Part shown: one piece after another, positions 62,062-64,000 of the stretch
How positions within the stretch are numbered: position 1 is the first letter of the stretch
Layout of the letters: each line of letters opens with the position of its first letter
DNA from: Scyliorhinus canicula
Lineage: Eukaryota
NCBI RefSeq assembly: GCF_902713615.1
Contig: NC_052157.1
Coordinates: 25,725,203 to 25,789,202 of the forward strand
Reading direction: 5' to 3'
Length of the DNA: 64,000 nucleotides
Notes under the pieces: model-generated
The model's database searches: none
What the model was told of the DNA's origin: nothing
The model's input: only the letters and a program-made list of their open reading frames with translations
Program-made: the position numbers and the translations under genes

Positions 62062-63209
62062 AAAGGATAGCTCTTGGGAAGGTGCTACATGGTTGGTCAC
62101 AAAAAAAAATATCTTGAAAAGGAGTGCCGTATGGAATTTGTTATTGTTGCTGTGTGGATTTCTCCAGATGAATTTTCTCAACGTAAGGATATGATTGAGA
62201 AAATGCTACATAACCCCAGTAAGTCCACCCTCCTATGGTCCACCTACACGCTGCAGTTGAAGGAAAAACTATTTGCAACTGTTTTTTATGTCGCCATCTG
62301 CAGGTTGAGCTATTTATAATATGCTCCAAGTGACCATTACAAAGTCTCGTGTAAAGGAAGACTTGCATTTATATCTTGCCTCTCATGATCCCAGTTGTAC
62401 CAAAGTGGTGTGGCTCAGTTTCATAACACACTACTGATAACTATTCAGGAAAACTATTGGCTTTAAGCTGTGTGCGTGTGTGTGTTTGGCGTAGTTGAAT
62501 GTGCTGGTTTGATTTTTCTGCAAAACCTGCTGAAAACTACAATGTTGGTAATGTTCAGAAAAATATGGACGCACAAGGCCTTTTTGCTACTTGCTGAAAC
62601 TCCAAAGAATTCACTCTTCCCACCATCTATCCGGTAATATCTCTGAACATTATTGATGGTGGGGTGGAATGCCATTGACTTCTATTTTATTTCATTTATC
62701 TGCATTATTTGTCTCGATACTGTCACAATGCATCATTTCCGTGAAAGATCTTGGCGCGCAGAAAATAAAAATATGCCTGGCTTGGAATTTGCCAAATGCG
62801 GGACTTTTGGTGCAATTTATATATTCCCTCGGATCGATCTGGTGCAACAGTGCACGAGTTTAGAAAAGGTCTGCAACATTCTTGGAAAGCCACGGTTTTT
62901 TGGAAAAGCCCACAGGGCTTCCGCAAGTTAAGCAAAAAAACACGGAAGAGTGTGCAGAAACCAGAGCCCCGGCATGCCCCAGCTGAAAATGTGCTCAAAA
63001 ACTATCCCAGCAACTCAAGCAACGCAGTGGGACTAAATGTGGATTTGAAGAACTGTGCTGTTTTCCTCAACTAATGTTTTTAAAGAAAAGAGGCAACCTC
63101 AATCGCTTTTGGTTCAATTGCTGTTTTCTCCCGAGTTAACTTAATTTTTCAGAACAGAATTGCAAGCTGAGGCCCTGTGATAAATAATTCATTGAACGGG
63201 GGTTCATAC

Positions 63210-63400
63210 CCGAGACTGCAAGCTGTGTCAGGAGAAATGCTGAATATCTGACATGACAAGCGACTAACAAGTTTCTTTTAGTTTGTTGTGGAGCAAGTAC
63301 AATGCAGCGAGCACGGCAGTCCAGGAAGCAAATAATAAAAAAAGGGGGTCTCTTTCTTTCTGCGCTAGCGTTTGCTGTTAGCTAATATCCAACCAGTAAC
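63210..63400 (-). other. Candidate first (non-coding) exon
   Basis: Donor CGG|gtatga at 63210/63209; CpG-enriched, TE-free; 5' end not defined. Confidence 0.45.
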
Positions 63401-63506
63401 CCTCTGGTCATCTGCACTGCAGCCCCACCCCCTTCATGCTTCACACATGCCTGGTCCTTCACGCCTGTCGACGGATCAATACCAGCAATTCTTGGAGAAA
63501 TACGAT

Positions 63507-63549
63507 GTATCCATGGCAACAAAGCCACATATTCTCTGTGGAGGCCAAT
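63507..63549. promoter_or_regulatory. RFX X-box (GTATCCATGGCAAC, 63507-63520) plus CCAAT box (63545-63549)
   Basis: Close match to the RFX palindrome and a GGCCAATGAG NF-Y site about 25 bp away, just upstream of the candidate minus-strand exon 1. Confidence 0.6.
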
Positions 63550-63777
63550 GAGACCAGCAGTGAAATCTCAAGAGGGTTTCAGTCTTACAAGGCAAGACAT
63601 ATTTAGATGTAGGAATGGCTGCTCACGCAAAAAAAAAAACATTAATTTTCTTTTTGCTCTTTCGGCAGTTCAGAATGTGATGGGTCCAAACACATGACAT
63701 TAAACAGAGCTTCCATTTTTCTCCTTTGAAATCACTGCGATGTTACACTGACAGTGTATAAAATGAAGGATTATAGA

Positions 63778-63975
63778 ACCCGGGTTCGATTCCGGCCCTG
63801 GGTCACTGACCGTGTGGAGTTTGCACATTCTCCCCGTGTCCGCGTGGGTCTCACCCCCACACCCCAAAAAGATGTGCAGAGTAGGTGGATTGGCCACGCT
63901 AAATTGCTAATTGGAAGAAAAAATGATTGGGTGCTTTAAATTTTAAAAAAATGTTTTTAATTTAAAAAAAATAAT
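63778..63975 (+). mobile_element. A-tailed SINE (family E), 5'-truncated
   Basis: B-box gggttcgattcc; body and tail match the reverse complement of 31382-31606. Confidence 0.85.
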
Positions 63976-64000
63976 CCACACATTCTCCTCTCTCTGCCTC

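Overview
Vertebrate nuclear DNA, very probably a shark or other elasmobranch. This is inferred from HE1/V-SINE-like tRNA SINEs sharing 3' tails with CR1 LINEs, a Deu-type SINE, and abundant CR1, L1 and Harbinger relics. No intact protein-coding gene, rRNA/tRNA gene or CRISPR array is evident. The window looks like the 5' end and very large first introns of an unidentified minus-strand host gene: X-box/CCAAT promoter near 63.5 kb, candidate exons at 63210-63400, 60419-61340 and 42291-42426. It is densely filled with decayed mobile DNA. The largest structure is an 11.4-kb nest: a near full-length L1 (14-bp TSD) holds a SINE and a ~1.5-kb solo LTR (4-bp TSD), the LTR holds an esterase-ORF1 CR1, and the CR1 holds another SINE. 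A second nest is CR1 > Gypsy LTR+gag > (L1 inserted at the TATA box, plus a MITE). Also present are several GC-rich PIF/Harbinger-type MITEs with 3-bp TSDs, relics of their Myb-like/coiled-coil partner ORF, and about 18 SINE copies with swapped head/tail modules. I found no convincing new protein-coding system. The best leads are the modular SINE-LINE network (including an L1-mobilised A-tailed variant), an apparently ORF1-less LINE with a bipartite derivative, target-templated filler at SINE 5' junctions, and the unusually long LTR. Almost all ORFs in the supplied track are TE fragments or spurious.
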